Part shown: one piece after another, positions 19,557 through 27,927 of the stretch
Layout of the letters: every line of letters begins with the position of its first letter
How positions within the stretch are numbered: the stretch's first letter is position 1
Origin: Spartobacteria bacterium
Lineage (GTDB): Bacteria > Verrucomicrobiota > Verrucomicrobiia > Chthoniobacterales > UBA10450
DNA: 64,000 bases
Direction of reading: 5' to 3'
NCBI GenBank assembly: GCA_003169695.1
Contig: PNAS01000027.1
Span: 40,488-104,487 of the forward strand
Made by a program: the position numbers and the translations under genes
Notes under the pieces: model-generated
What the model saw: only the letters and a program-made list of their open reading frames with translations
Told to the model about the DNA's origin: nothing
Databases searched by the model: none

Positions 19557-20012
19557 CTACAGTCCGATCACATTCGCGACGTGTTGGTAGGTCGGCGTTT
19601 CGTCCTCGTGAGCGCGTTTCCATTTCTGTAGATTCCAAATTTCAAAACGGCCGCGCCCGCCGACGAGTGCGACCTCGCCCTTCAAGCCCAGCTCCTTGCA
19701 CATATCCTCAGGCAAGACCAGACGCCCCTGGCGGTCGGATGCACCGTGTTCCGCGCGCGAATGCAATTGGCGTGAGAAAATCCGGCGGTCGCGCGCCGAG
19801 ATCGTGCTGTCTGACTCGGCCCGCGCGCTCATGCGGGCGAACTCCTCCGCTGACATGACAAGGAGATACTGGTGGCTCGGTTCGGGCAGAATGATGAAAT
19901 CTTCGCCGTCGCTTTGGCGCCAGCGGGAAGGGACGGTGATGCGGTTTTTTTCGTCAATCGAATGACGAAACTCGCCGGCGAAGAATTTTTGGGGTTGAGA
20001 GTCGGAGTCCAT
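19557..20012 (-). CDS. mraZ: Transcriptional regulator MraZ
   Basis: Two AbrB-like repeats (IDEKNRITVP, SDRQGRLVLP), FEIWN; first gene of the dcw cluster. Confidence 0.93.
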   Translation of the reverse strand: MDSDSQPQKFFAGEFRHSIDEKNRITVPSRWRQSDGEDFIILPEPSHQYLLVMSAEEFARMSARAESDSTISARDRRIFSRQLHSRAEHGASDRQGRLVLPEDMCKELGLKGEVALVGGRGRFEIWNLQKWKRAHEDETPTYQHVANVIGL

Positions 20013-20030
20013 GCGCCAGCGGCTGATCGT

Positions 20031-20084
20031 TCCATTCTAATCCACTTTCCTCCACTTCTAACCACTTCTCGTACCAGGGGTCAA
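20031..20084 (-). promoter_or_regulatory. dcw promoter with MraZ-binding direct repeats
   Basis: Minus strand GAGAAGTGGT-TAGAAGTGGA-GGAAAGTGGA-TTAGAATGGA: four repeats at exact 10-bp period; TTGACC at 20084-20079. Confidence 0.8.
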
Positions 20085-20190
20085 TAAAAATTAACGCCTG
20101 TTTGCTGGGACACGCGTCACCGACCTCCCGGGCCGTCGAACCAGCTTCCCTGCTTGCCACGGGCGGCAAAGGCGGCTAAGACAACTCCAG

Positions 20191-20850
20191 ATGATCGACT
20201 ACATCCAGAAGGGCGGCTTGCTGATGTGGCCGATTCTGGCTTGCAGCGTTATCGCCATCGCTGTCTTCGCGGAGCGGCTCTTCTATTTGCATCGCGCGAC
20301 CATCCACGTCGGCGAGTTCTTGCAAGGGCTCTCGAATCTGGTCCAGCGGCGCAACTTCGCCGAGGCGCTGCATGAGTCAGCCGGCACGCCGGGACCTGTC
20401 GCCCGCGTCATTCACGCCGCGATCATTCACCATGACGCGCCCCGTGCGGAACTCCGTGAGATAGTGCAGGAAGCGGGGCAACTCGAGGTACCGAAGCTGG
20501 AGCGCTTTCTCGGCGTCCTCGCGACACTGGCTTATCTGGCGCCGTTGCTTGGCCTGCTCGGCACGGTTGCCGGAATGATCGATGCCTTCGGAACGCTCTC
20601 CTCGAACGGCGGGTACGCGACCGTGACAGAGCTTTCCAATGGCGTTTACAAGAGTTTGCTCACGACCGCGGCCGGGCTTGTCGTCGCGATGCCGACCTTC
20701 GTTGCCTACAGTTACCTATCTTCCCGAGTGAACACGTTGATGCACGAAATGGAGCGGGCGGGGATCGAAGTAGTGCATATGTTGACCAACCGCGAGCCGA
20801 CGAGCGACATCATCACTTTCCAGGCGCCGGTTGAAGAACAAGGCCGCTAA
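20191..20850 (+). CDS. MotA/TolQ/ExbB proton channel protein
   Basis: APLLGLLGTVAGMIDAF and LLTTAAGLVVA motifs. Confidence 0.92.
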   Translation: MIDYIQKGGLLMWPILACSVIAIAVFAERLFYLHRATIHVGEFLQGLSNLVQRRNFAEALHESAGTPGPVARVIHAAIIHHDAPRAELREIVQEAGQLEVPKLERFLGVLATLAYLAPLLGLLGTVAGMIDAFGTLSSNGGYATVTELSNGVYKSLLTTAAGLVVAMPTFVAYSYLSSRVNTLMHEMERAGIEVVHMLTNREPTSDIITFQAPVEEQGR

Positions 20851-20880
20851 GTTTTCGTCGGCCGGCCGGCCGCGCATCGC

Positions 20881-21285
20881 ATGAAGCTTTCCCGAACGAA
20901 GGAATATCATTTCGGCTGGCTCGGCGTCATCCCGATGCTGGATGTCGTTTTTCTTTTGATCTTTTTTCTGCTGCTCAGCTCGAATTTCATCCTGCAGCCC
21001 GGTATCTCGGTTTCGGTGCCGCTGTCCCGCTTCACACTCGGTCCGCAAATCAATCCGCAAATCATCAGCATCACAGGGGGCACTGCTCCCGCGATTTATT
21101 TTCGCGATCAGAAAATCGCACTCGAACAACTGGGACCGTTGCTGGACGCGGCGAAGAAAGAGGGGCGACCAATCATTATCAAGGCGGATCGCTTGACTCC
21201 CTACACGCTCGTCGTTGAGGTCACGAACCTGGCTCTCGAACACGGAATTGCTTCCGTGGCGCTCGCCACCACTCCTTCGAAGTGA
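20881..21285 (+). CDS. ExbD/TolR family protein
   Basis: IPMLDVVFLLIFF TM with conserved Asp; IIKAD motif. Confidence 0.92.
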   Translation: MKLSRTKEYHFGWLGVIPMLDVVFLLIFFLLLSSNFILQPGISVSVPLSRFTLGPQINPQIISITGGTAPAIYFRDQKIALEQLGPLLDAAKKEGRPIIIKADRLTPYTLVVEVTNLALEHGIASVALATTPSK

Positions 21286-22067
21286 GCGCTCCGCTGGCTT
21301 CCGAGAGCGATTTCGGCCTCGTCTTTGCCTGGGATCAGCCACGCCGTCGGAAACTGGCGATCACGGGATTTCTTGTCGCCTCCGTCGTGCTGCACGCCCT
21401 GTGCTTCTACGTCTTTCAAATTATCTATCCGCCGGCGGTCGCTCTTTTGCCGCCGCCGGGACGCGTCACCGTGATCGCACCAAACACCGAGGAAGGGCGC
21501 GTTCTGTTGCGTTGGCTGGAGGCCGAAGATCCGGCGCTGGCCTCGACCACGCAGTCGCCGGAGGACGGAAAGTCGCTCGCAATGCCTACGATCCAGCACG
21601 CGCCTTCCTACCTGATGCGGCAACCCACGTTAAGAGACGTGCCACCAGCACCGCCTGATCCTGCTGTGCCCAGTGCGCAGCCGCCCGCCCCAGTTGAGCC
21701 GCCGCACGCGCCAATCCAAATGGTGGCGACGATCGCGCCGACGATTGTGCGCTTGTCTACGGAACTCGAAACGCTCGGCGCCATGCAAAGTCCGCAAATG
21801 AAATTCACGGCCGCCGGTCATGAATCGCCGCAGGCCGCGCAGTTTCGCGTCGCCGTGGATGAAAACGGAGCTGTGCGTTATTGCTTTCTCGAGAAGTCCT
21901 CGGGTGGCACCGCGCTCGACGAACAGGCGAGAAAATATCTTGTGCTCTGTCGGTTCTCCGCAATCCGCAATCCGCAATCCGCAATCCGAAATGGTTTCGT
22001 TTGGGGGACGGCAACCATCGAGTGGGGGAATGACGTCGTCGCACCGCCTGAAAGTGTTGCGCCGTGA
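21282..22067 (+). CDS. TonB-like energy transducer
   Basis: N-terminal TM with SxxxH (SVVLH), Pro-rich linker, C-terminal VDENG...SSGGTALDEQA; follows exbB-exbD. Confidence 0.65.
   Translation: MSAPLASESDFGLVFAWDQPRRRKLAITGFLVASVVLHALCFYVFQIIYPPAVALLPPPGRVTVIAPNTEEGRVLLRWLEAEDPALASTTQSPEDGKSLAMPTIQHAPSYLMRQPTLRDVPPAPPDPAVPSAQPPAPVEPPHAPIQMVATIAPTIVRLSTELETLGAMQSPQMKFTAAGHESPQAAQFRVAVDENGAVRYCFLEKSSGGTALDEQARKYLVLCRFSAIRNPQSAIRNGFVWGTATIEWGNDVVAPPESVAP
21957..21991 (+). repeat. (TCCGCAA)x4 plus TCCGAAA heptamer repeat inside a CDS
   Basis: Direct reading of 21957-21991; encodes SAIRNPQSAIRN. Confidence 0.85.
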
Positions 22068-22303
22068 TTCGGGTCAGCCTTTCCGCCCTGGTCACGATCT
22101 ATTTGCTGGTTTTTCTTGCGGCAGTTTTCCTCCTCTGGATAGTTGGAGAGTGGAATCGTCGCCGACGCGAGCGCCGCGCTTTGCGCTATCGGTTGCGTTG
22201 CGTGATCTGCGCGTTTGAGTTTGAAGATCGAACGCCCGCTTTGCTTCCGCGGTGTCCACGCTGCGGAAGTTTGAACGAAAGATTTAAACCGGAACAAATT
22301 TAA
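22064..22303 (+). CDS. Small TM protein with zinc ribbon
   Basis: TM helix, Arg-rich patch, CVIC-x12-CPRC; start overlaps the upstream stop (GTGA). Confidence 0.75.
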   Translation: MIRVSLSALVTIYLLVFLAAVFLLWIVGEWNRRRRERRALRYRLRCVICAFEFEDRTPALLPRCPRCGSLNERFKPEQI

Positions 22304-22305
22304 TC

Positions 22306-23484
22306 ATGGGAATGTGGATAGGCCGAAATCGAAAAGCCCGCGTGACTTACGGTTTCGACGAAATCGCGCTGGCGCCGGGGCGTATCACGATCAATCCGAA
22401 CGAAGTTGACATTGCCTGGCGTTTACCGCGACGAAACGCAGAACCGCTTGATTTTAAAATTCCCATCCTGGCCAGCGCGATGGATGGCGTGGTGGATGTG
22501 CGCTTCGCCATTGAAATGAGCAAGCTTGGGGGCCTCGCGGTGCTGAATCTTGAAGGCGTCCAGACGCGCTACAAAAACCCTAAGGAAGTTCTCCAGAAAA
22601 TTGTCGAAACTGACAAAGGGGAGATCACGGGGCTGCTCCAAAAAATTTACCAGGAACCTGTGCAGGAAGATTTGATCGCGGGGCGCATCCGGCAGATCAA
22701 GGACAGCGGCGCGACCGCGGCGGTCAGTTCCATTCCGCAGCGGGCCGCGGAATTCGGAGCGATCGCGCAGGAAGCCGGGGCGGACGTTTTCGTCGTGCAA
22801 AGCACCGTCTCCACAGTCCGTCACATTTCGACGGAATATAAATCACTCGACCTCGAAAAATTCTGCCGGGAAATGAAGATTCCGGTCATCGTCGGGAACA
22901 CCGTCGGATACGACGTCACGTTCGAGATCATGGAATGCGGTCCCGCGGCGGTGCTCATCGGCGTCGGGCCAGGAGCGGCATGTACATCGCGCGGCGTGCT
23001 CGGCCTCGGCGTGCCGCAGGTGACCGCCACCGTTGATTGCGCTGCGGCGCGCGACGCCTATTTCAAGAAAACCTCGCGTTACGTCCCGATCATCACCGAC
23101 GGCGGAATGAGCAAGGGCGGCGACGTTTGCAAAGCGCTCGCTTGCGGGGCGGACGCGGTTATGGTCGGCAGCGCCTTCGCAAGAGCGCACGAAGCGCCGG
23201 GGTGCGGTTACCATTGGGGAATGGCAACGCCGCACGCAAATCTACCGCGCGGAACCCGCATTAAGGTGGGCGCCACTGGTTCTCTAAAGCAGATCCTCTT
23301 TGGCCCCGCCGAGGTCGACGACGGAAGTCAGAATCTTGTCGGCGCGATCACGACTTGCATGGGGAATGTCGGCGCGCGAACGGTCGCCGAGTTTCAACAA
23401 ACCGAAATCATCATCGCCCCCTCGATCAAGACCGAAGGCAAACTGTTTCAGACGGTGCAAAGCGTTGGGATGGGAACGCGGTGA
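22306..23484 (+). CDS. GuaB3 family IMP dehydrogenase-related protein (no CBS domains)
   Basis: YGFDEIALAPG, ASAMD, GVGPGAACTSR, ITDGG and WGMATP motifs. Confidence 0.9.
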   Translation: MGMWIGRNRKARVTYGFDEIALAPGRITINPNEVDIAWRLPRRNAEPLDFKIPILASAMDGVVDVRFAIEMSKLGGLAVLNLEGVQTRYKNPKEVLQKIVETDKGEITGLLQKIYQEPVQEDLIAGRIRQIKDSGATAAVSSIPQRAAEFGAIAQEAGADVFVVQSTVSTVRHISTEYKSLDLEKFCREMKIPVIVGNTVGYDVTFEIMECGPAAVLIGVGPGAACTSRGVLGLGVPQVTATVDCAAARDAYFKKTSRYVPIITDGGMSKGGDVCKALACGADAVMVGSAFARAHEAPGCGYHWGMATPHANLPRGTRIKVGATGSLKQILFGPAEVDDGSQNLVGAITTCMGNVGARTVAEFQQTEIIIAPSIKTEGKLFQTVQSVGMGTR

Positions 23485-23506
23485 TCCCAGCTCACTCACT
23501 CTCTAA

Positions 23507-24757
23507 ATGATTTCCGATCGTAGAGTTGTCATCACCGGCCTTGGGGTGATTTCCCCGGTCGGGAACGACGTCGAGACCTTCTGGCGCAATCTCCAAAATG
23601 GGGTCAGTGGCATTGAGCGGGTTCAGGCGTTCGATACGACGAATTACGATTGCCGGATCGGCGGCGAAGTTCGGGGGTTTGAGCCAAAGCAATTTTTTAA
23701 AAACCCGAAGGACGTTCGACGCACGGACCGTTTCGCGCAGTTGGCCATGGCGGCCGCAAAAATGGCGATGACCGATTGCGGCGTCGATTTGGACAAGATC
23801 AACCGCCACCGCTTCGGTGTGATCGTGAGCAGCGGAATCGGCGGCCTGAAGACCCTTGAGGATCAGCACGCGGTCTTGCTCGCCAAGGGTCCCTCGCGCG
23901 TTTCCCCCTTCACCATCCCGATGCTGATCAGCAACATGGGAAGCGGTTTGATTTCCATGGAGTTCGGATTGAAGGGCCCGAACCTTTGCATCGTCACAGC
24001 ATGCGCGACCTCGAACAACGCCATCGGTGAATCATGGCGGATGATCAAATTTGGCGACGCGGACATATTTCTCGCTGGCGGTTCCGAAGCGTCGATCGTC
24101 ACGGTCGGTATGGCTGCTTTTTCGGCGATGAAAGCGCTCAGCACGCGCAATGACGACCCGCATCGAGCGTCGCGGCCGTGGGATCGCGATCGCGACGGAT
24201 TCGTCATGGGCGAGGGCGCCGGTGTCGTCGTGGTGGAAGAATTGGAACACGCCAAAGCCCGTGGCGCGAAAATATATTGCGAACTGACCGGGTACGGACT
24301 TTCCGCCGACGCTCACCATATGACCGCACCGCCGCCGGATGGCGAAGGCGCCGTGCGGGCGATGCAGATGGCACTCGATCACGCGAAGATTAACTCGAAC
24401 CAGGTGGATTACGTGAATGCACACGCAACCTCGACCGGCCTCGGCGATGTCTGTGAGACGCGGGCTATCAAAACGGTTTTCGGCGAATACGCGCGAACGG
24501 TTTCCATCAGCTCGACAAAATCGATGACCGGTCACTTGTTAGGCGGAGCCGGTGCGGTCGAGATGGCAGCCTGCGCGCTCGCGATCCGCGACTCGGTAAT
24601 TCCGCCGACCATCAATCTCGAGGATCCCGACGAAGAGTGCGACCTGGATTACACGCCGAACGTCGCAAAGGAAAAGAAAGTGCGCGTCGTGGTTAATAAT
24701 TCATTTGGCTTCGGCGGCCACAACGCGACGCTCGTCGCCGCCGAATTTACCCGGTAG
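23507..24757 (+). CDS. fabF: Beta-ketoacyl-ACP synthase II
   Basis: RRVVITGLG, TACAT, NAHATST, KSMTGHLLG and NSFGFGGHN motifs. Confidence 0.96.
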   Translation: MISDRRVVITGLGVISPVGNDVETFWRNLQNGVSGIERVQAFDTTNYDCRIGGEVRGFEPKQFFKNPKDVRRTDRFAQLAMAAAKMAMTDCGVDLDKINRHRFGVIVSSGIGGLKTLEDQHAVLLAKGPSRVSPFTIPMLISNMGSGLISMEFGLKGPNLCIVTACATSNNAIGESWRMIKFGDADIFLAGGSEASIVTVGMAAFSAMKALSTRNDDPHRASRPWDRDRDGFVMGEGAGVVVVEELEHAKARGAKIYCELTGYGLSADAHHMTAPPPDGEGAVRAMQMALDHAKINSNQVDYVNAHATSTGLGDVCETRAIKTVFGEYARTVSISSTKSMTGHLLGGAGAVEMAACALAIRDSVIPPTINLEDPDEECDLDYTPNVAKEKKVRVVVNNSFGFGGHNATLVAAEFTR

Positions 24758-24833
24758 GGATGGCGCGCTGCGGCGTCCGCTCGAGTCAGTCTCGTGATCT
24801 TACACCGCGGCCGGCGCAACGCGCCGTCCCTGC
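24754..24833. repeat. GTAG-type REP doublet between convergent fabF and mglB
   Basis: GTAGGGATGGCGCGCTGCGGCGTCCGC (24754-24780, supplies the fabF TAG stop) and inverted GCAGGGACGGCGCGTTGCGCCGGCCGC (24807-24833). Confidence 0.7.
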
Positions 24834-25301
24834 CTACTGGTCGGCAAAGACCGGGGTGGCGGTAATGTCCGAAGCGTCGAAGGAAAATCCGTGGCCGGTA
24901 TTCTGCAGCGACTTTAGAAGTGCGGCGACACTTTGTGCCGTGCTCGCGGAATAGAATCGCACCAAACCAACCGTCGTCCGGCGTCCGAAAACGGTAATCA
25001 TGATCGTATCGTCGTCGACCGAATTCATGAAAATATGATTCCCGTTACCCTGGTGATAAAGCGCATTGAATTCCACTTCGCCGATGCGCCGCGCGAGTTC
25101 CTTCGTGGCGGCGAATGAACCCGCCGCCAGCGCCGCAATGATCGTAACGTCCATCGCGGTCATGTCGCCGAATTGCGAGATCACATTTCCACCGCGATCG
25201 ATCACGACGGTCAGCTCCGCTTCGGCCTTTGTCAGAAAATTACCGAGGACACCGTCGAGATTCGCGACGTCTTCGATCGTCAGGCAAGGGATCGCGTTCA
25301 T
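24834..25301 (-). CDS. mglB: Roadblock/LC7 protein, MglB-like GAP
   Basis: VIDRGGNVI, AALAAGSFAATKELARRIGE..F..LYHQG and VGLVR match MglB; adjacent to mglA. Confidence 0.85.
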   Translation of the reverse strand: MNAIPCLTIEDVANLDGVLGNFLTKAEAELTVVIDRGGNVISQFGDMTAMDVTIIAALAAGSFAATKELARRIGEVEFNALYHQGNGNHIFMNSVDDDTIMITVFGRRTTVGLVRFYSASTAQSVAALLKSLQNTGHGFSFDASDITATPVFADQ

Positions 25302-25969
25302 ACCGCAGCGCTCTGTTTCTGTGTGACCGGGGGTTCAACGGGAATCGCGACGGGCGCAGGCGTCGTCTTCGGCACATCGCTTTGCTTGCTGAATTTGTGC
25401 AGCAGAATCTGTGAGACCGCGTTGAGTGACGCGAAAACATTCTGTCCGGTGCTGGAGATGACTTCGAAACTCTGCACGCGCCTCTTCCGGTTGTTCAGGA
25501 CGTACTCGAGATAATTGACCGGGGCGATGTTTTCGAGGTCGCGTTTGTTGTATTGCAGGACGTACGGAATCTCGTCGATTGAGATGTTCTGTTTCGCGAG
25601 ATTGTCTTCGAGGTTCTTAAAGCTCTCGACGTTCTCCTCCATTTTTTCCCATTGCGAATCGGCGACAAAAATGACGCCATCCACGCTGCGCAAAACGAGC
25701 TGCCGCGTCGCGTTGTAAATCACCTGTCCCGGCACAGTGTAGAGCTGAAACTTCGTGACGAACCCTTTGATCACGACCGCGTTCAGCGGCAGGAAATCGA
25801 AGAATAAAGTGCGATCCGACGCGGTGGCGAGCGAGACAAGGTCACCGCGATTCTCGGGATTAATCCGCTGATGGATATAACCCAGGTTCGTCGTCTTCCC
25901 GCACAGCGCCGGACCGTAGTAGACGATTTTAAACTGAATCTCGCGGCTCGCGTAATTGATGATCGACAT
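25298..25969 (-). CDS. mglA: Small Ras-like GTPase MglA
   Basis: KIVYYGPALCGKTTNL, DRTLFFDFLPL, YTVPGQ, QYNKRD; GAGGA RBS before ATG 25969. Confidence 0.95.
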   Translation of the reverse strand: MSIINYASREIQFKIVYYGPALCGKTTNLGYIHQRINPENRGDLVSLATASDRTLFFDFLPLNAVVIKGFVTKFQLYTVPGQVIYNATRQLVLRSVDGVIFVADSQWEKMEENVESFKNLEDNLAKQNISIDEIPYVLQYNKRDLENIAPVNYLEYVLNNRKRRVQSFEVISSTGQNVFASLNAVSQILLHKFSKQSDVPKTTPAPVAIPVEPPVTQKQSAAV

Positions 25970-25980
25970 ACAAAATCCTC

Positions 25981-27927
25981 CTAGACCGGATGCGAATATT
26001 TTCGTGAAACCTCGTGCACGACGCGCGCGAGCTTCTCTCGTACCTCCGACGCCAGCTCGCCGCTCGCATGGAACGCGGCGAGGCATAGATTCTCGTGCAT
26101 AAAAAATGTGACGGCGCCTTTCACACAGGAAAGCGTCATGCCTCGGAGCGCGCCGAGTTTGGTTTCGACCATGTGGTTCTCGATGCGCTGCATCAGTGAA
26201 GGCGCCATGGCGCAAAGCCCCTCCGTCTCATATTCGGCCGGCAAACTCCCTGCGAGACTAAGACCGTCGCTAAACATGAGCGCGCAGGCCTTCACTCCGG
26301 CGAGTTTGTTAACGTGTGCGACCACACCCTTAGCATCCAGCTTCTCATCGGTCTCAAGCGCGACTTGCAATGAGTTCCGAGGCAGCAGATCGAACGGGTT
26401 TCTCACTGGCACCGCGGCGGCTTGCGCTTCCTCCACCGCTGCGACCGGCGTTGCGACCGGCGTTGCGACCGGCGTTACAATCGGTTTCGCAACTGCTGTC
26501 CCGGCTATATTGAAACGTTTCGCGTCTTCTTCTGCTTTCGCGGAAAACGGCGTGGCAAAATTTGCTCCTGCGTCCTGTTCTTCCTGGTCTTCGCGCATGC
26601 GCAAGGAAGCCGTGGGTAGGCTCTTCAGGACTTCGTGCAGCGGCAGCATGACATCCGCAGCCTCGCCGTCCTTGAAGAGGCTTCGATATTCCGGCGGCAG
26701 TCCCGCTGCAAAAACCTCCGGCGTCACGGTGATTCGTCCGGCCGCGAGCTGTGGTTCGATCAGGGAAAACGGCAGTTCGATTTGCGCTTCGGCTGGAAGA
26801 CTGCCGGAGTCGCCGCTCAATTGAAATGGCGGAAGCGCCTGCAAGATCGGCTTGAGCGCGAGAGTGATCTTCACTTCGGCCTTGCTCTCCGTCGCCGGGG
26901 CAACCGCTGTCTCGGCCGAAGCCGCCAGGCTTTCCGCGGTCAACCACGGTTCATGTTTGGGCCGCAGGTCGTCCGAAGGAGCCGTCATCTTGAACGGAAT
27001 CCGCGTGGGCGCCGGCGCGGATGGGAAACTAGTCGGAACGGACGGCCCGCTTGAGGCTGGAACACTCTCAGGTGCGGGGCCGCCCGTTCCATTCGGTGAA
27101 AGTTTGAAGGGGATGCGCGTGGGCATGGCCGACATGTTTTCGCTCCTCGGATGCTGCATGAACCCGTTCCCGGCGGCCTCTGGCTCGGCGGCGGCAAACG
27201 CTTCCGCCGTGGGCGGCTCGACCCGCACCGGCGGCAGATCGGCAGTCTCGACCGCCTCGGTTGTCGTGCCGAAACGGGAGTTGTCCTCGAGTGTGACCCT
27301 TAAGAACGGCGTCTCGACTTGAGGAACGGCCTGGTGGCGCTCCTGATTGCTGCGGACTTGCAAGCTCGTGAATTGCTCGAGCACCTTCTTGAAAGGAAGC
27401 TGCACTTGCGCCTCATCGGTCGGGGCGATTGAGCGCAGAAAAATTTCCGGCACCTGCTGGTAAATAGTGGCAAGCGAAACGGCCGGTTTCCCACTCGCCA
27501 TTCCTCTTTCAACCTCGGATGCCTTCAAGAGAATCCGGCGGGTCCCGTCGATGCTTTCAATCGGCTTGATGTAATCAGCGGGCATTTGCGCCACGAGGTC
27601 TGCGAGCTCGAGCGAGATCACGCGTTCAACCCTCGGTTCGAGCGCCAATGCGACGGCCGGCGGCAAATCGCGTGGGCGGACGGGCGCAAGTACGCTTGCG
27701 TTCGACATCTGACCGCCCACGACCGGCGAACGCGCCGCCATCTCAAATGGATCCTGGGGTGGCAACACCCGCGTCGCGTTCGGCATCACCGTCTTGCTGA
27801 AGCGTTCGCTGCTTGGCTTCTCGAGCGGCGCCAACGGCTTCGGTGCGGCGACGGATCGCTCTTTCGTAGCCAGGGCCTGGTCCTTGACCTTCTTGAAAAA
27901 GCTTAGGAATGGAATCGTCATGGTCAT
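25981..27927 (-). CDS. Large Pro/Ala-rich protein with two internal repeats and a C-terminal roadblock/LC7 domain
   Basis: C-terminal KLAGVKACALMFSDGLSLAG...LCAMA is roadblock-like; two ~85-aa segments beginning ISLELADLVAQMP and ITLALKPILQALP. Confidence 0.75.
   Translation of the reverse strand: MTMTIPFLSFFKKVKDQALATKERSVAAPKPLAPLEKPSSERFSKTVMPNATRVLPPQDPFEMAARSPVVGGQMSNASVLAPVRPRDLPPAVALALEPRVERVISLELADLVAQMPADYIKPIESIDGTRRILLKASEVERGMASGKPAVSLATIYQQVPEIFLRSIAPTDEAQVQLPFKKVLEQFTSLQVRSNQERHQAVPQVETPFLRVTLEDNSRFGTTTEAVETADLPPVRVEPPTAEAFAAAEPEAAGNGFMQHPRSENMSAMPTRIPFKLSPNGTGGPAPESVPASSGPSVPTSFPSAPAPTRIPFKMTAPSDDLRPKHEPWLTAESLAASAETAVAPATESKAEVKITLALKPILQALPPFQLSGDSGSLPAEAQIELPFSLIEPQLAAGRITVTPEVFAAGLPPEYRSLFKDGEAADVMLPLHEVLKSLPTASLRMREDQEEQDAGANFATPFSAKAEEDAKRFNIAGTAVAKPIVTPVATPVATPVAAVEEAQAAAVPVRNPFDLLPRNSLQVALETDEKLDAKGVVAHVNKLAGVKACALMFSDGLSLAGSLPAEYETEGLCAMAPSLMQRIENHMVETKLGALRGMTLSCVKGAVTFFMHENLCLAAFHASGELASEVREKLARVVHEVSRKYSHPV

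Noticed and set aside
26441..26476. (GCGACCGGCGTT)x3 tandem repeat
   Set aside because: In-frame 12-bp repeat encoding TPVA linker units; ordinary low-complexity expansion
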